From Adineta vaga (taxonomy: Eukaryota; Animalia; Rotifera): a stretch of DNA of 64,000 nt. The translations under genes and the position numbers were made by a program. Under the pieces are notes generated by a model. It saw only the letters and a program-made list of their open reading frames with translations. It did no database searches and was not told the origin of the DNA. Below, piece by piece: positions 63,131 through 64,000 of the stretch; the first letter of the stretch is position 1; every line of letters starts with the position of its first letter. The DNA is taken from contig CP075497.1 in assembly GCA_021613535.1 (NCBI GenBank), positions 8,804,001 to 8,868,000 of the forward strand, given 5' to 3'.

Positions 63131-64000
63131 ATTTAATAAGATATTAATTTGAAGATAAATAAACAAAGAACAACATTGGATGTGAAAACTTAATAAACGC
63201 TATATTCAATCTAAAAGATTGAGTTTTTTAAAGTTTAATTTAATTTATATACACCAAGAGATTGAATTTGATTGATCGATTGATTTTATAATAGCAAAAA
63301 AATTCTGTCAAGTAGACACCATTACTTTACAGCTAATACCTCTATTGTATATTCTCGTGAGATCGACACAACGAATGAAAATTGGAAGGAAAATCAACTT
63401 ACAGAAATTTTTAGAATGAACGTATTTCTTTTTTTTCTGTATCAATGTATATAATCATGTGAATGATGGATTCTTTGTAAAGGTTCAAAGAAAAAGTTTG
63501 ATTGGCGGAAGAACACAACCAACCACAGAACGTTTTACTCTCATACTCGGCAATCATACGAAGATTTCAAATTTTGTAGGGAAAAAAAGAGATCAAAATT
63601 ATTGTTATTTTATTTGTTCCGTGAATTAAACTCTGATTACGCGTTGAACATAACTGATTTATTTCTCAATGAGAAACAACTGATAAATGTAAATTTTCCA
63701 ATTTCGTTGAGGATGTCACATAGATAAGACGATATGATAAAGATTGATAAGTATGCAAAATATTCCAGTTTCACGACATAATATTAATAACCATGCATAT
63801 TTATAAAGTCTTTTTTCAACACAAAGTAAAATATTCGTAGATGAATGATAAAATTCTATCGATACATCTTAGAGATTCATTGATCTTTGTAATTTGAATT
63901 TCTAACTAGAGGACTTATTTTTCAGCTCAGAAATCTTTTTGTCCTGCAGCTTTTAGAATCACCTCATTAACTTTTGTCTAAGAGCAAAAATGCATGACTG

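Overview
AT-rich eukaryotic (animal) genomic DNA, gene-dense, with many short (~50-65 nt) GT-AG introns and several genes of apparently non-metazoan type. This combination suggests a bdelloid rotifer, which is an inference and not proven. Gene order: 5'-truncated ketol-acid reductoisomerase-like gene; SNX14-like sorting nexin; three tandem GH31 alpha-glucosidases with identical gene-conversion tracts; a ~1.6-kb palindrome carrying two head-to-head copies of an unknown 75-aa gene, inside a 3.3-kb block bounded by a 61-bp direct repeat; quiver/Ly6-like gene; phospholipase D with a ~500-aa loop; SapA-GILT; small TM ORF; SLC52 riboflavin transporter; HAND; DDX42; an accessory island (MEST-like hydrolase, cytosolic ADP-ribosyltransferase fused to a Cys-rich domain, intron-containing GPI-type GH3 beta-glucosidase, hAT-like remnant); PLCXD; PXK; a hypothetical gene; divergent VAMP-like gene; SSBP/Ssdp. 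Most start codons have a splice acceptor just upstream, and several co-oriented gene pairs are only ~120-240 bp apart, which suggests trans-spliced, operon-like units. Exon boundaries were read by eye and family assignments come from recalled motifs; no searches were run.
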